A stretch of 64,000 nt of DNA from Demequinaceae bacterium (GTDB lineage: Bacteria > Actinomycetota > Actinomycetes > Actinomycetales > JAJYRW01). Below are positions 51,986 to 61,515 of this stretch, piece by piece (the stretch's first letter is position 1; every line of letters begins with the position of its first letter). The notes below the pieces were generated by a model, which did not search any database, had not been told where the DNA came from, and saw only the letters and a list, made by a program, of their open reading frames with translations. The translations under genes were made by a program, and so were the position numbers. Location of the stretch: contig DAHVRJ010000136.1 of the NCBI GenBank assembly GCA_027322505.1, positions 8,935 through 72,934 on the forward strand. The letters run 5' to 3'.

Positions 51986-52644
51986 TGCGCACCACCACCC
52001 TGACTGGTGGTATCCCCGCTGCGCGCGAGCCGCTCGCCTCCATCGCCGGCACTGGTGACGGCTGTGGTCTGCCCATCGGCAGTGGCGTCAGTGGGCGGGG
52101 TAGGAATGACAAATTCGGACGCTCGGTGCGCTAGTTTCCGGCGCATGGCCGCCCGGGCTCGGTGAATTCGGGAGCGGACCGTGCCCAAAGAAATTCCCAG
52201 CGTCGTGGCGATCTCTTCGTAGGAGAGATCTTCCATATCGCGCAGCACAATCGCCGCGCGCATTTGGGGGGAGAGTTCCGCCAGCGCGGTTTGCACGTCA
52301 TCGCCCATGTTGCGGTGTTCAAACGCCCGCTCCGGTCGCTCCTCAGCGCGGCCATCATCGAGCCGATTATCCGCATCGATGGGCAGGTCAACCATGCGGA
52401 TGCGCTGCTTGCGGCGTACCTGATCTAAAAATTCATTCGTGGTTATGCGGTGGAGCCAGCCCTCGACGTTTCCGGGCTCAAATTTCGCCAGCGATCGAAA
52501 GACTTTCACAAAGACGTCTTGCGTGAGGTCTTCCGCATCGTGCTGGTTACCCGTTAAGCGGTAGGCAAGCCGAAACACCCGACCCGACTGCTCGGAAACA
52601 ATCTGTTCCCAGCCGGGCACGCTCGCTGGCGTGTCACTATTCAC
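51982..52644 (-). CDS. sigE: ECF RNA polymerase sigma factor SigE
   Basis: Region 2 LAYRLTGNQHDAEDLTQDVFVKVF and region 4 LSYEEIATTLGISLGTVRSRIHRAR. Confidence 0.88.
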   Translation of the reverse strand: MNSDTPASVPGWEQIVSEQSGRVFRLAYRLTGNQHDAEDLTQDVFVKVFRSLAKFEPGNVEGWLHRITTNEFLDQVRRKQRIRMVDLPIDADNRLDDGRAEERPERAFEHRNMGDDVQTALAELSPQMRAAIVLRDMEDLSYEEIATTLGISLGTVRSRIHRARAAMRRKLAHRASEFVIPTPPTDATADGQTTAVTSAGDGGERLARSGDTTSQGGGAQ

Positions 52645-52704
52645 GGCGCGCTTCTACCTCCTGAAGATTTACTTGGGCCATTGTCCCACTATCCTCGAAC
52701 CTAT

Positions 52705-53379
52705 ATGGAATCGGTCCGAATACCGGCCCACGAAACTGCGGAGGTCGTCATCAAAGATAAAGCCCTAAGTTGGGCCTACTGCGAAGAGTTCATTGAGCCC
52801 GATGAGGCGATGCTTGAGGCGCGCGCACTCAGTCAAGAACTGGGATGCGCGGTGATGTCGACGGGAGCCGGCGCCACGCTGCGCTTACTTGCGGCCACAA
52901 TCCAGGCCCGCGCGGTTGTTGAAGTGGGCACCGGCGCAGGTGTTTCCACCCTGTGGCTCCTGTCCGGGATGCCCGCCGATGGCGTCTTGACCAGCATCGA
53001 TGTCAACGTCGGTCACCAACAAGCCGCGCGCAAACTCCTCACCGCCCAGGGGGTTCCCAGCGGCCGCGTGCGGATGATCGCCGGCGATGCCATAAACGTC
53101 CTCCCGCGGCTTGCGGACGGCGCCTATGACCTGGTCTTACTCGATGCGGATCCGCTGGACTACGCCGAGCAGTTCGAACTGGCCACCGTGCTGTTACGTC
53201 CCGGTGGTCTCATGGTCATCAACGATGCGCTGTGGCACGACCGGGTTCCCGATCCGGCACGGCGGGATGAAACCACCACAGCGGTGCGCGAGATTGGCCG
53301 CACGTTGCGCCACGATGAGCGATTCCTACCCGCGCTTATTCCCATCGGCGGCGGGCTCCTAATTGGGACGCGGGTCTAG
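52705..53379 (+). CDS. O-methyltransferase (class I SAM-dependent, caffeoyl-CoA OMT-like)
   Basis: VVEVGTGAGVSTLWLLSG, LTSIDVN and YDLVLLDADP. Divergent from sigE, as in mycobacteria. The start is either the ATG at 52705 or the TTG at 52681. Confidence 0.8.
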   Translation: MESVRIPAHETAEVVIKDKALSWAYCEEFIEPDEAMLEARALSQELGCAVMSTGAGATLRLLAATIQARAVVEVGTGAGVSTLWLLSGMPADGVLTSIDVNVGHQQAARKLLTAQGVPSGRVRMIAGDAINVLPRLADGAYDLVLLDADPLDYAEQFELATVLLRPGGLMVINDALWHDRVPDPARRDETTTAVREIGRTLRHDERFLPALIPIGGGLLIGTRV

Positions 53380-55052
53380 CTCGCGTTTTCGAGCCAGCGC
53401 AGCAACAAGCGCGCGCCGTATCCCGTCGCGCCCTTGGGGACCTCGTGCTTAGCTGCGGTAGCACGAGCGGGCCCGGCGATGTCTAAATGGACCCACTTGC
53501 GTTCGCCCACAAATTCTTGCAGGAACAGCGCGGCCGTAATCGAACCACCTAAATAGCGGTGTTCCGCGTTTGGAACATGGCGTAACTGGGCCACATTCGA
53601 CGACACTGCCGGCCGATATTCATCTACCAGGGGCATGTGCCAAATTCGCTCCCCGGTCTGCTCACCAGCCGCACTGAGTTGCGAGATTAACTCATCATCG
53701 GTGGAATATGCTGCCGCGTGCCCGCGCCCCAGGCCCAAGGTCGCAGCGCCGGTCAAGGTTGCCACATCGACCAGCACGTCGGGGTCTAAATTCTCATCCG
53801 CCCAGGCCAGCGCGTCAGCTAAAACCATCCGCCCTTCGGCGTCGGTGTTGGCAATTTCGACCGTGCGGCCCCCATAGGTGCGCACCACGTCTCCGGGTCG
53901 ATACGCCGAGCCGCTTACCGCGTTTTCTGCCAGCGGAATGACCGCGGTAATTCTTTGCGAGACGCGAAGTTCGGCCGCGCCCACAATCGCGGCGAGGACC
54001 GCGGCGCCGCCGGCCATATCGGTTTTCATTGAGACCATGGATTCGCGCGGCTTGATCGATAAGCCGCCGGTGTCATAGGTAATGCCTTTACCGACTAACA
54101 CCACGTGTTCGCCGCTGGCTTCTTCGGGCTCATAACTCAAAGTCATCATGCGCGGCTGGCTTGCTGAGCCGCCGCCCACCGCTAAAATGCCGCCAAATCC
54201 CTCGGTTTGCAGCCGCTCCAAATCCCACACGTCGGTCTCCAAACCGACTTGGCTTGCCAGCGTGGTGGCCTGCTCAACAAACCACTGGGGGGTCTTAATG
54301 TTGGACGGCGTCGCAGCCAAAGCGCGCGTGCGCAGCGTGGTCCGGGCTCCGGCTTGTGAAAGAGCCACGGCCTGCTGTGGGTGACGTCCCACCAAAACGA
54401 TCTCGTTTTCGACCTCCCCACCAGCAGGTTCTTCCACTTCCTCGCCAAAGACGTCAGTGTCTGCGGTGACGGAGCCCTGCCCAGCTGGAGTGGTGTCGTC
54501 CTTAATTTCGGCTAAACCCGTACCGGTCCAGCGCGCTTGCCGGTAGCCACCCAGATAAAAGCCTTCTAAGAAGGCGCGGACGGCATCGGCTTTTGCTTCG
54601 GCGCCCACGGTGGTGATGGTGCGGCTGTTAGCCGGCACGTGTTGGGCATGGGAGTGGACGCGGCGGGCCAGTGCTGCTCCGGCGCGGCGCAAATCCTGCA
54701 CGGCGGCGGAGCCGATTCCCACCAAGTAAATGCACAGCGGGAGGTCTTGCCACGGGAACGCGTTATCGCCCACCGGTCGCGGTAAGTGGAGGACTCCAAT
54801 GTTACCGCCCGCACCGGTAGCGCCCGAGCGTACGGCCAATTCGGCTAGGTCAATGCCGTAAAGGAGCGCAGCATCCGCCGTGCCCCAGCGGGGTTGGACC
54901 TCGGTCTCCCCCGCGGCCGGCGGAGCAACCGGCAAGGCTAGTGCCGAGGCACTCATTAGCGCCTCGGCACTCAAGTTCCCGCGTTGGACTCCAATAGGTG
55001 CCAGCGACGGATTCAACAAATCCTGGATCGAATTACTCACTTGCAAAATCAA
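53376..55052 (-). CDS. pepA: Leucyl aminopeptidase (M17 family)
   Basis: VGKGITYDTGGLSIKP and NTDAEGRMVLADALAWA. The TTG start is uncertain. Confidence 0.88.
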   Translation of the reverse strand: MILQVSNSIQDLLNPSLAPIGVQRGNLSAEALMSASALALPVAPPAAGETEVQPRWGTADAALLYGIDLAELAVRSGATGAGGNIGVLHLPRPVGDNAFPWQDLPLCIYLVGIGSAAVQDLRRAGAALARRVHSHAQHVPANSRTITTVGAEAKADAVRAFLEGFYLGGYRQARWTGTGLAEIKDDTTPAGQGSVTADTDVFGEEVEEPAGGEVENEIVLVGRHPQQAVALSQAGARTTLRTRALAATPSNIKTPQWFVEQATTLASQVGLETDVWDLERLQTEGFGGILAVGGGSASQPRMMTLSYEPEEASGEHVVLVGKGITYDTGGLSIKPRESMVSMKTDMAGGAAVLAAIVGAAELRVSQRITAVIPLAENAVSGSAYRPGDVVRTYGGRTVEIANTDAEGRMVLADALAWADENLDPDVLVDVATLTGAATLGLGRGHAAAYSTDDELISQLSAAGEQTGERIWHMPLVDEYRPAVSSNVAQLRHVPNAEHRYLGGSITAALFLQEFVGERKWVHLDIAGPARATAAKHEVPKGATGYGARLLLRWLENAS

Positions 55053-55216
55053 TCCGTGACCGTTGCTAAGGCCTCTTTCAGTTCCGCTGCCTCAGTAGCT
55101 GATAACTCAACAACGAGACGGCCCCCACCTTCCAGTGGGATTCGCATAATATAGCCGCGCGCTTCTTTTTCAACCTCGAGCGGGCCGTCTCCGGTCCTCG
55201 GCTTCATAGCCGCCAT
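55049..55216 (-). CDS. DUF3117 family small protein (55 aa)
   Basis: MAAMKPRTGDGPLEVEKEARGYIMRIPLEGGGRLVVELSATEAAELKEAL. AAGGGGAG RBS before the ATG at 55216. The track ORF extends to 55321. Confidence 0.75.
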   Translation of the reverse strand: MAAMKPRTGDGPLEVEKEARGYIMRIPLEGGGRLVVELSATEAAELKEALATVTD

Positions 55217-55346
55217 CCGTGGCTCCCCTTTCTTGGGTTCAGCTCGTGACGCTAATCCTTCCCGATGCCGGGTGGAATCGGGGGCAAAGTGGAGTGCGTC
55301 CAACGAGAGTTCAGTTCTCATTCTACCCGGCGCCGGGCCCTGCTAG

Positions 55347-56252
55347 TTATGCCATACCGCGAATCGCCCTTTTTGGGGGACGTTCTGCGCGCACGGCAGC
55401 CACCATTTCTAAGGCGCGAACGGTGGCTTGCACGTCGTGGGTTCGAAAGACGGTTGCCCCGTTCCAGGCGGCGATCGCGGTGGCGGCCAAGGTGCCCTCC
55501 AGTCGCTCTTCCACATCCAGGTCGAGTGTCTCTCCGATGAAATCTTTGCGCGATAACGCCATCAGGAGCGGGTAGCCCAAATCTGCAAGTTCCTGGGTGC
55601 GGCGCACCAGTTCCAGCGAGTGCCAGGTGGTTTTACCAAAATCGTGCGTCGGATCTATGAGAACCGCTTCGGGCCGCACGCCAGCTGCAATTGCCCGCTG
55701 GGCGCCCGCCTGCAGCGACGCCCGCACATCGGCGAGCACTCCCTGGGGGTAAAACGCGCGGAATGGGTCGGTCCGCGGCGGCATGCCACCGGTGTGCGAG
55801 CACACCAGCGCCAAGTCATTGGCCCCCGCCACAGTAGCCACCTGCGGGTCGGAGCCCGCCCAGGTGTCGTTTAACAAATCAGCGCCGGCCTCGGCGGCGG
55901 CCCGCGCCACCTCCGAGCGCCAGGTATCAACCGAAATTAGCAGTTGCGGAAACTCCCGCCGCACCTGCGAGATGAAGGGGATTACCCGCTTAATCTCATC
56001 GGCTACCGGCACCTGGGGGCCGCGGCCAGCACGCACCCCACCAATATCGACAATGTCAGCGCCCTCACTTGCAGTTTGCTCCACCGCGGCGAGCGCCTGT
56101 TGGTCATCCAGTTGGCGGGCGCGGGGGTAGAAGGAGTCGGAGGTGCGATTAATGATTGCCATCACCAGGAATCGATCGCGCAGCTTGCCGCGCAGCCACA
56201 AACCTGGCGCTCGGGGAGGCACGGTGGATGAATTAAGTTTTGACATGCTCAC
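55347..56252 (-). CDS. folP: Dihydropteroate synthase family protein (FolP paralog-like context)
   Basis: Pterin-binding pattern MAIINRTSDSFY, ADIVDIGG, ISVDT, LLNDT and DPTHDFGK. Confidence 0.85.
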   Translation of the reverse strand: MSMSKLNSSTVPPRAPGLWLRGKLRDRFLVMAIINRTSDSFYPRARQLDDQQALAAVEQTASEGADIVDIGGVRAGRGPQVPVADEIKRVIPFISQVRREFPQLLISVDTWRSEVARAAAEAGADLLNDTWAGSDPQVATVAGANDLALVCSHTGGMPPRTDPFRAFYPQGVLADVRASLQAGAQRAIAAGVRPEAVLIDPTHDFGKTTWHSLELVRRTQELADLGYPLLMALSRKDFIGETLDLDVEERLEGTLAATAIAAWNGATVFRTHDVQATVRALEMVAAVRAERPPKRAIRGMA

Positions 56253-56258
56253 GCGTGG

Positions 56259-57137
56259 TTACTGCGGCTGCTTCGGTGTTACTTCGGGGTCTCCATTGCG
56301 ATGGTTGCGGGCGGAGACAATAATTTCAACGGCTCGGTCCACATCGTCGGTCAGTTCGATGAGCTCAAAATCCTCGGGGCTGATGTAGCCGTGATCAACG
56401 ACCATCTTCCGCAGCCAATCCACCAGGCCCGTCCAGTACTCAGTGCCCACCAACACGATGGGAAAACGGGTGACCTTGCCGGTTTGCACCAGGGTCAACG
56501 CTTCGAAGAGTTCGTCGAATGTGCCGAAACCGCCGGGCAGGACAATAAAGCCCTGCGCGTATTTGACGAACATGACCTTGCGCACGAAGAAGTAGCGGAA
56601 GTTAACGCCCACATCGACCCAGTCGTTCATTCCCTGCTCGAAAGGCAGTTCAATACCCAGGCCAATCGAGAGGCCATTGGCCTCTACCGCGCCGCGATTT
56701 GCGGCCTCCATCACGCCGGGCCCACCGCCAGTGATGACGCCGTATCCGGCTTTGGCCAGGGCCTTTCCGACCTCGACACCCAACTCGTAGTCTTGGTCGC
56801 CGGGTTGGACGCGCGCGGAGCCGAATACGCTTATCGCACGTCCCATTTCGGAAAGTGCGTCGAAGCCTTCGACGAATTCACTTTGAATTCGCAGTACGCG
56901 CCAGGGATCCTGGTGAGACCAGTGCCCGGTTTCGTAAGTCTCTAAGAGGCGCTGGTCACTGGTGGTATCTGGCACTTGACTCCGGCGGAAAGTTAACGGC
57001 CCCTGTTGATAGGCCGGGAAGTCCGACCCGCTGCTTCGTGCTTCGCGTGGATGTGATGTGTTGTCACTTCCATTAATTACGTGAGGCACGTCGCCGTGGC
57101 TGTGCGGCTTTTTAGAAAGGTCGAAGGAACGAGTCAT
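56259..57137 (-). CDS. TIGR00730/LOG family protein (cytokinin riboside 5'-monophosphate phosphoribohydrolase-like)
   Basis: ISVFGSAR, VITGGGPGVMEAANRGA and LPGGFGTFDELFE. I prefer the ATG at 57137. The track ORF extends to 57227. Confidence 0.88.
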   Translation of the reverse strand: MTRSFDLSKKPHSHGDVPHVINGSDNTSHPREARSSGSDFPAYQQGPLTFRRSQVPDTTSDQRLLETYETGHWSHQDPWRVLRIQSEFVEGFDALSEMGRAISVFGSARVQPGDQDYELGVEVGKALAKAGYGVITGGGPGVMEAANRGAVEANGLSIGLGIELPFEQGMNDWVDVGVNFRYFFVRKVMFVKYAQGFIVLPGGFGTFDELFEALTLVQTGKVTRFPIVLVGTEYWTGLVDWLRKMVVDHGYISPEDFELIELTDDVDRAVEIIVSARNHRNGDPEVTPKQPQ

Positions 57138-57196
57138 GCACTCCAGGTTAAGCCCTAGGCTGGCTTTGTGCGGAATCGCTGACGGGTGATTGTGTA

Positions 57197-58093
57197 GTGG
57201 GCGGTATAAGGAAGTTCTTTTTAACAACGATCATCCTGATTGTTGTACTGGCTCTCGCCGTTTTTGGAACCGTTTGGGCGCTAAATCATTTTTCGACCAC
57301 CCTGCCGTTTTCCCAGCGCTGCACCGCGACCGCTAGCGCTGTTGGAAGCCACAGCTTGGCTCCGGATCAGGCCGATAATGCGGCCCTAATAAGTGCTATT
57401 TCGCTGCAGCGGGATTTGCCCGCCCGGGCGGCTACTATTGGCATTGCCACCGCAATGCAGGAATCGAAACTACGCAATATTGATTACGGCGATCGCGACT
57501 CGCTGGGACTGTTTCAGCAGCGGCCGTCCCAGGGCTGGGGAACCGAGGAACAGGTACAAGATCCTCGCTACGCCACCGAGGCTTTCTATGACGTGCTGGC
57601 TCGCATCAAGGGATATGACGATATGCCCGTTACCGATGCGGCCCAGGCGGTGCAGCGGTCGGCCTTCCCGGACGCGTATGCCCAGCATGAAGATATGGCG
57701 CGCGCTTTTGCCTCGGCGCTGACCGGGCACTCCCCCGCGGCGCTCGACTGCCAGCTGCATGAGGCCGATAGCGGCGATTTAGCCGGATTTTCTACGCGCT
57801 TCGCGGCCGACTTTTCCGATTTGGAAGCGCGGCCGGTGGACAGCGACGGCGCCGATGCAGCGGCGGCCGGTCAAAAACAAATCGCTATTTCAATTCCCCA
57901 TGACGCGGATGCGGAGGCCGATGTTCGGGTGTGGGCGGTGGCTAACTGGGCCGTTGCGGTTGCCGACAGCTACGGAATCGTCGCCGTTGACGCGGGCGGT
58001 CAACGATGGACGCGCGCCGAACCATGGGCAGTATCCGATGTACCAGAAAGCGGGGACGTCCTAATCACGTTCGCGCCCCAGGACGGAAACTGA
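57197..58093 (+). CDS. Membrane-anchored extracytoplasmic protein of unknown function
   Basis: N-terminal TM segment FFLTTIILIVVLALAVFGTVWAL. Conserved-looking core ATAMQESKLRNIDYGDRDSLGLFQQRPSQGWG. GTG start. Confidence 0.65.
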   Translation: MGGIRKFFLTTIILIVVLALAVFGTVWALNHFSTTLPFSQRCTATASAVGSHSLAPDQADNAALISAISLQRDLPARAATIGIATAMQESKLRNIDYGDRDSLGLFQQRPSQGWGTEEQVQDPRYATEAFYDVLARIKGYDDMPVTDAAQAVQRSAFPDAYAQHEDMARAFASALTGHSPAALDCQLHEADSGDLAGFSTRFAADFSDLEARPVDSDGADAAAAGQKQIAISIPHDADAEADVRVWAVANWAVAVADSYGIVAVDAGGQRWTRAEPWAVSDVPESGDVLITFAPQDGN

Positions 58094-58096
58094 GCC

Positions 58097-59395
58097 CTAG
58101 CGGTTCTCGATGGCCGGAACATCACGCTTCGTGTTGCCGGTGTAAACCTGGCGCGGACGGCCGATCTTGGTTGCGGGGTCCTTGCGCATTTCGTGCCACT
58201 GTGCGATCCATCCGGGCAGCCGGCCCATCACAAATAGCGGCGTGAACATTGCGTTGGGGAAACCCATTGCCTTGTAGATCAGACCGGTGTAGAAGTCCAC
58301 GTTCGGGTAGAGTTTGCGTTCAATGAAGTATTCGTCATTGAGAGCAATTTCTTCTAAGTTCAGCGCAATATCGAACAGCTCATCACGGGCGCCCAGGGAT
58401 TTAAGAATGTCGTCTGCGGCCTGCTTCACGATCGCCGCCCGCGGATCATAGTTTTTATAGACCCGGTGGCCAAAGCCCATCAAGCGAACTCCGGCTTCCT
58501 TGTTCTTCACGCGATCGACATACTTTTCGACGCTGTCACCCGAGGAACGAATGTCTTCCAACATGTGCAGCACTGCCTCATTGGCGCCGCCGTGTAGGGG
58601 CCCCGACAGCGCGCCAATGCCGGCGGAAATTGAGGCGTACAGCGTGGCTTCGCTTGATCCAACCAGGCGCACTGAAGAGGTAGAGCAGTTCTGCTCATGA
58701 TCAGCGTGCAAAATCAGCAGCGTGTCCATGGCCTTGGCAACGACCGGGTCGACTTCGTAGCGTTCGGATGGGTTACCGAAAGTCATGCGTAAGAAATCGT
58801 CCACGTACCCGTAGTCGTTATCCGGGTAGAGCGGGGATGCTCCCTGCATCTTCTTAAAGACGCGCGCCACGATGGTGGGCATCTTTGCCAGCAAACGAAT
58901 CGTGGTTAGGTCGGAGACTTCGTCATCGTGAACGTCCAGCGCATCGGAATAGAATCCACCAAGCGCCGCGGTGGCACTGGCCACTACCGACATGGGGTGC
59001 GCATCGCGGGGGAAGGCATCGAACAGGCGCGCAAAGTCTTCCCGAATCAGCGTGTGGCGGTTTACGCGGTCGTCAAAGGCAGCCAACTCAGAAGCGTTGG
59101 GTAGCTCACCGTAGAGCAGCAGGTAGGAGACTTCTAAAAAGCTTGTCTGATTCGCTAACTGTTCAATGGGGTACCCGCGGTAGAGGAGAACGCCGGCACC
59201 GCCGTCAATGTAGGTGATGTCGGAGGCGCAGGAAGCGGTATTAGTGAAACCGGGATCGAGGGTTACGACACCTGTATCGGCGAGAAGTTTCGAAACAGTG
59301 ATTCCGTCATTTCCCTCCGTGGCAGCAACGCGCGGCAGCTCAAGCTCTGTGCCGTTTAGTGCAAGGCGAGCTGGGGTGGTATTGCCATCGGACAT
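58097..59395 (-). CDS. gltA: Citrate synthase (type II)
   Basis: GFGHRVYKNYDPRA, LHADHEQN and GPLHGGAN. I prefer the ATG at 59395 with a GAGGGAG RBS. The track ORF extends to 59440. Confidence 0.93.
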   Translation of the reverse strand: MSDGNTTPARLALNGTELELPRVAATEGNDGITVSKLLADTGVVTLDPGFTNTASCASDITYIDGGAGVLLYRGYPIEQLANQTSFLEVSYLLLYGELPNASELAAFDDRVNRHTLIREDFARLFDAFPRDAHPMSVVASATAALGGFYSDALDVHDDEVSDLTTIRLLAKMPTIVARVFKKMQGASPLYPDNDYGYVDDFLRMTFGNPSERYEVDPVVAKAMDTLLILHADHEQNCSTSSVRLVGSSEATLYASISAGIGALSGPLHGGANEAVLHMLEDIRSSGDSVEKYVDRVKNKEAGVRLMGFGHRVYKNYDPRAAIVKQAADDILKSLGARDELFDIALNLEEIALNDEYFIERKLYPNVDFYTGLIYKAMGFPNAMFTPLFVMGRLPGWIAQWHEMRKDPATKIGRPRQVYTGNTKRDVPAIENR

Positions 59396-59637
59396 AATTA
59401 TGCTCCCTCTGGAATATCCAGGAGTCAGTACAAATTTCATTTATTCGACGTCTGGCTATTAGACAACGTCGGCTACCAGGAGACGTTACCGCCCGTTAAC
59501 CATGCGTCCTAATCGGGTCCGCCTTCAAGAGCTAAGCGTGTGGGTCGAAAGTCCCAAATGCGCGCGTGATTTCGATCACGATCGCTTCGGTGGCGCTCCG
59601 GGATGGTACAGCGCCAGGCCGAGCCTGTTAGCCCCCC

Positions 59638-60819
59638 TTAAGCGCCATCCTCGCGGGGAGCAATGCGCCGGGCGGCTGCCGCTACGTCAACATCGCTAGC
59701 CGTCAGGGCAATTCGAACGTGATTTTTACCCGCCGGACCATAAAAAGTGCCCGGCGCAACCAGAATGCCGCGGTCGGCGAACCACTCCAAAAGCGTCCAC
59801 GCCCCCGCTTGCGGCTCGCCGGCGGTATTCCCGCTGGCTTGCGTGTTCAAAATTTCATCGTGCGTAACCCACAGGTAAAGGCCCGCTTCAGAATCATCAA
59901 TGCGGAAACCAGCTGCTTCCAGTGCCAAGCGCAACAGCCCCCGCCGTTTGCGATAGCGCTCGCGCTGCTCCACCACGTGCGCGTCATCGCGCAGCATCGT
60001 CTCCATAGTGGCTTGGACGGGCCCGGGCATCATCATCCCGGCATGCTTGCGAACCTCTAAGATGGGCGCAATGATTTTCGGATCACCGGCGGCGAATCCG
60101 GCGCGATACCCGGCCAGGTTGGAACGCTTTGAAAGCGAATACAGCGCGAGGACTCCTTCGGGGGAACCGCCCGTGACGCGCGGATCTAAAATTGAGGGAA
60201 CGCCCGCGCTGCGCCAGGGCTCCTCCCACGGCAACTCGGCATAACACTCATCCGCCACCACGATGGCACCTCGCTCCCGAGCCCACGCCACCACCTTGGC
60301 CAGGTGTTCAACTCCAAGGACCTTGCCCGTGGGATTGGAAGGCGAATTAAGCCACACCAATTGAACCTCACCGGGACCAACAGCTGTCGTGGCATCTGCG
60401 GCAATGGTTTGGGCGCCCACCAGCCGGGCACCAATGTCGTAGGTGGGGTAGGCGATTCGGGGATACATGACGGTGTCATTTGCCCCCAACCCCAAATACC
60501 CGGGTAAGAACGCCACAAATTCTTTCAACCCGATCGTTGGAAGTACGCCATCTTCACTCAGTCCCGCCCGCATGGCATCTACCCCGCGGGCCCGAGTGAA
60601 CCAATCCAAAACTGCCTCCCGCAGCGCCACCGTGCCGGCGGTCGGCGGATAGCCCGGCGCGTTTGCCCCAGCGCGCAGCGCGGATTGGGCGCGCTCGGGG
60701 GTCGGATCAACGGGAGTTCCGACTGAGAGGTCTATAAAACCGTTCGAATGGGTTTTGGCGCGCGCAGTGATTGGCGCCAAACTATCCCACGGAAAATCTG
60801 GCAGCCCTAAAACTTGCAC
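59638..60819 (-). CDS. dapC: Succinyldiaminopimelate transaminase DapC
   Basis: PDFPWDSL, YPPTAGT and YSLSKRSNLAGYRAGF (PLP lysine). Adjacent to fdxA, as in other actinobacteria. Confidence 0.85.
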   Translation of the reverse strand: MQVLGLPDFPWDSLAPITARAKTHSNGFIDLSVGTPVDPTPERAQSALRAGANAPGYPPTAGTVALREAVLDWFTRARGVDAMRAGLSEDGVLPTIGLKEFVAFLPGYLGLGANDTVMYPRIAYPTYDIGARLVGAQTIAADATTAVGPGEVQLVWLNSPSNPTGKVLGVEHLAKVVAWARERGAIVVADECYAELPWEEPWRSAGVPSILDPRVTGGSPEGVLALYSLSKRSNLAGYRAGFAAGDPKIIAPILEVRKHAGMMMPGPVQATMETMLRDDAHVVEQRERYRKRRGLLRLALEAAGFRIDDSEAGLYLWVTHDEILNTQASGNTAGEPQAGAWTLLEWFADRGILVAPGTFYGPAGKNHVRIALTASDVDVAAAARRIAPREDGA

Positions 60820-60852
60820 TTAACTATCGCCTTTACGCCCGGTGGTGCCTGA

Positions 60853-61170
60853 TTATTCTTGCGGGGGTAGCGCCGCAATAATGGGATGGTCCTTTTCAAT
60901 CAGCCCCAGTTTCGCCGCCCCACCAGGTGAGCCGAGGTCGTCAAAGAACTCCACGTTCGCGGTGTAGTACTGCTCCCACTCCTCTGGGACATCGTCCTCG
61001 TAATAAATCGCTTCTACCGGACACACTGGTTCACAAGCACCGCAGTCGACGCATTCATCGGGGTGAATATAAAGCGAGCGCTCACCCTCGTAAATACAAT
61101 CGACAGGACACTCCTCTACGCAGGAACGATCTTTAACGTCAACACATGGTTGCGCAATGACATATGTCAT
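60853..61170 (-). CDS. fdxA: 7Fe ferredoxin FdxA
   Basis: MTYVIAQPCVDVKDRSCVEECPVDCIYEG...CVDCGACEPVCP. I prefer the ATG at 61170 with a GAAGGGA RBS. The track ORF extends to 61302. Confidence 0.92.
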   Translation of the reverse strand: MTYVIAQPCVDVKDRSCVEECPVDCIYEGERSLYIHPDECVDCGACEPVCPVEAIYYEDDVPEEWEQYYTANVEFFDDLGSPGGAAKLGLIEKDHPIIAALPPQE

Positions 61171-61254
61171 AAAAGTCCCTTCACTCCTAGCCCCTGCCCG
61201 GGTGGTGCAGCCGTCTATTGTTAAGTATCGCACCCATAACCCCCAGGAGGCGAG

Positions 61255-61515
61255 ATGACCCCCACACCGGTTGGCCCGCAGCGACCTGGTCGCAGACCGC
61301 ATGTGCCGTGGCGGGACTGGGCCATTGGCATGCGCGTCTCGGTACGCCGTCGCTTGCCCGAGGGCGGGTTCGCAGACGCCTTGGGCTACATAACCGCCCT
61401 GAATGAAACGGGCCTTGAGGTAGAAACGCGCCGGGGCAAAGTGTGGATTGATGCCGACACTATTTACCTGGGTAAACCCGTGCCGCCGCCCCCGAAAAAG
61501 CGTCCACGCCGCTAG
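61255..61515 (+). CDS. Hypothetical small protein (possible orphaned N-terminal domain)
   Basis: 86-aa ORF. GMRVSVRRRLPEGGFADALGYITALNETGLEVETRRGKVWIDADTIYLGKPVPPPP. Its stop overlaps the convergent VanW gene end by 4 nt. Confidence 0.4.
   Translation: MTPTPVGPQRPGRRPHVPWRDWAIGMRVSVRRRLPEGGFADALGYITALNETGLEVETRRGKVWIDADTIYLGKPVPPPPKKRPRR

Noticed and set aside
52645-52704. SigE-type autoregulatory promoter (GGAAC-N16-17-GTT) upstream of sigE.
   Set aside because: The only candidate is GGACC followed by GTT after about 12 nt, which is the wrong spacing. No convincing match was found by eye.
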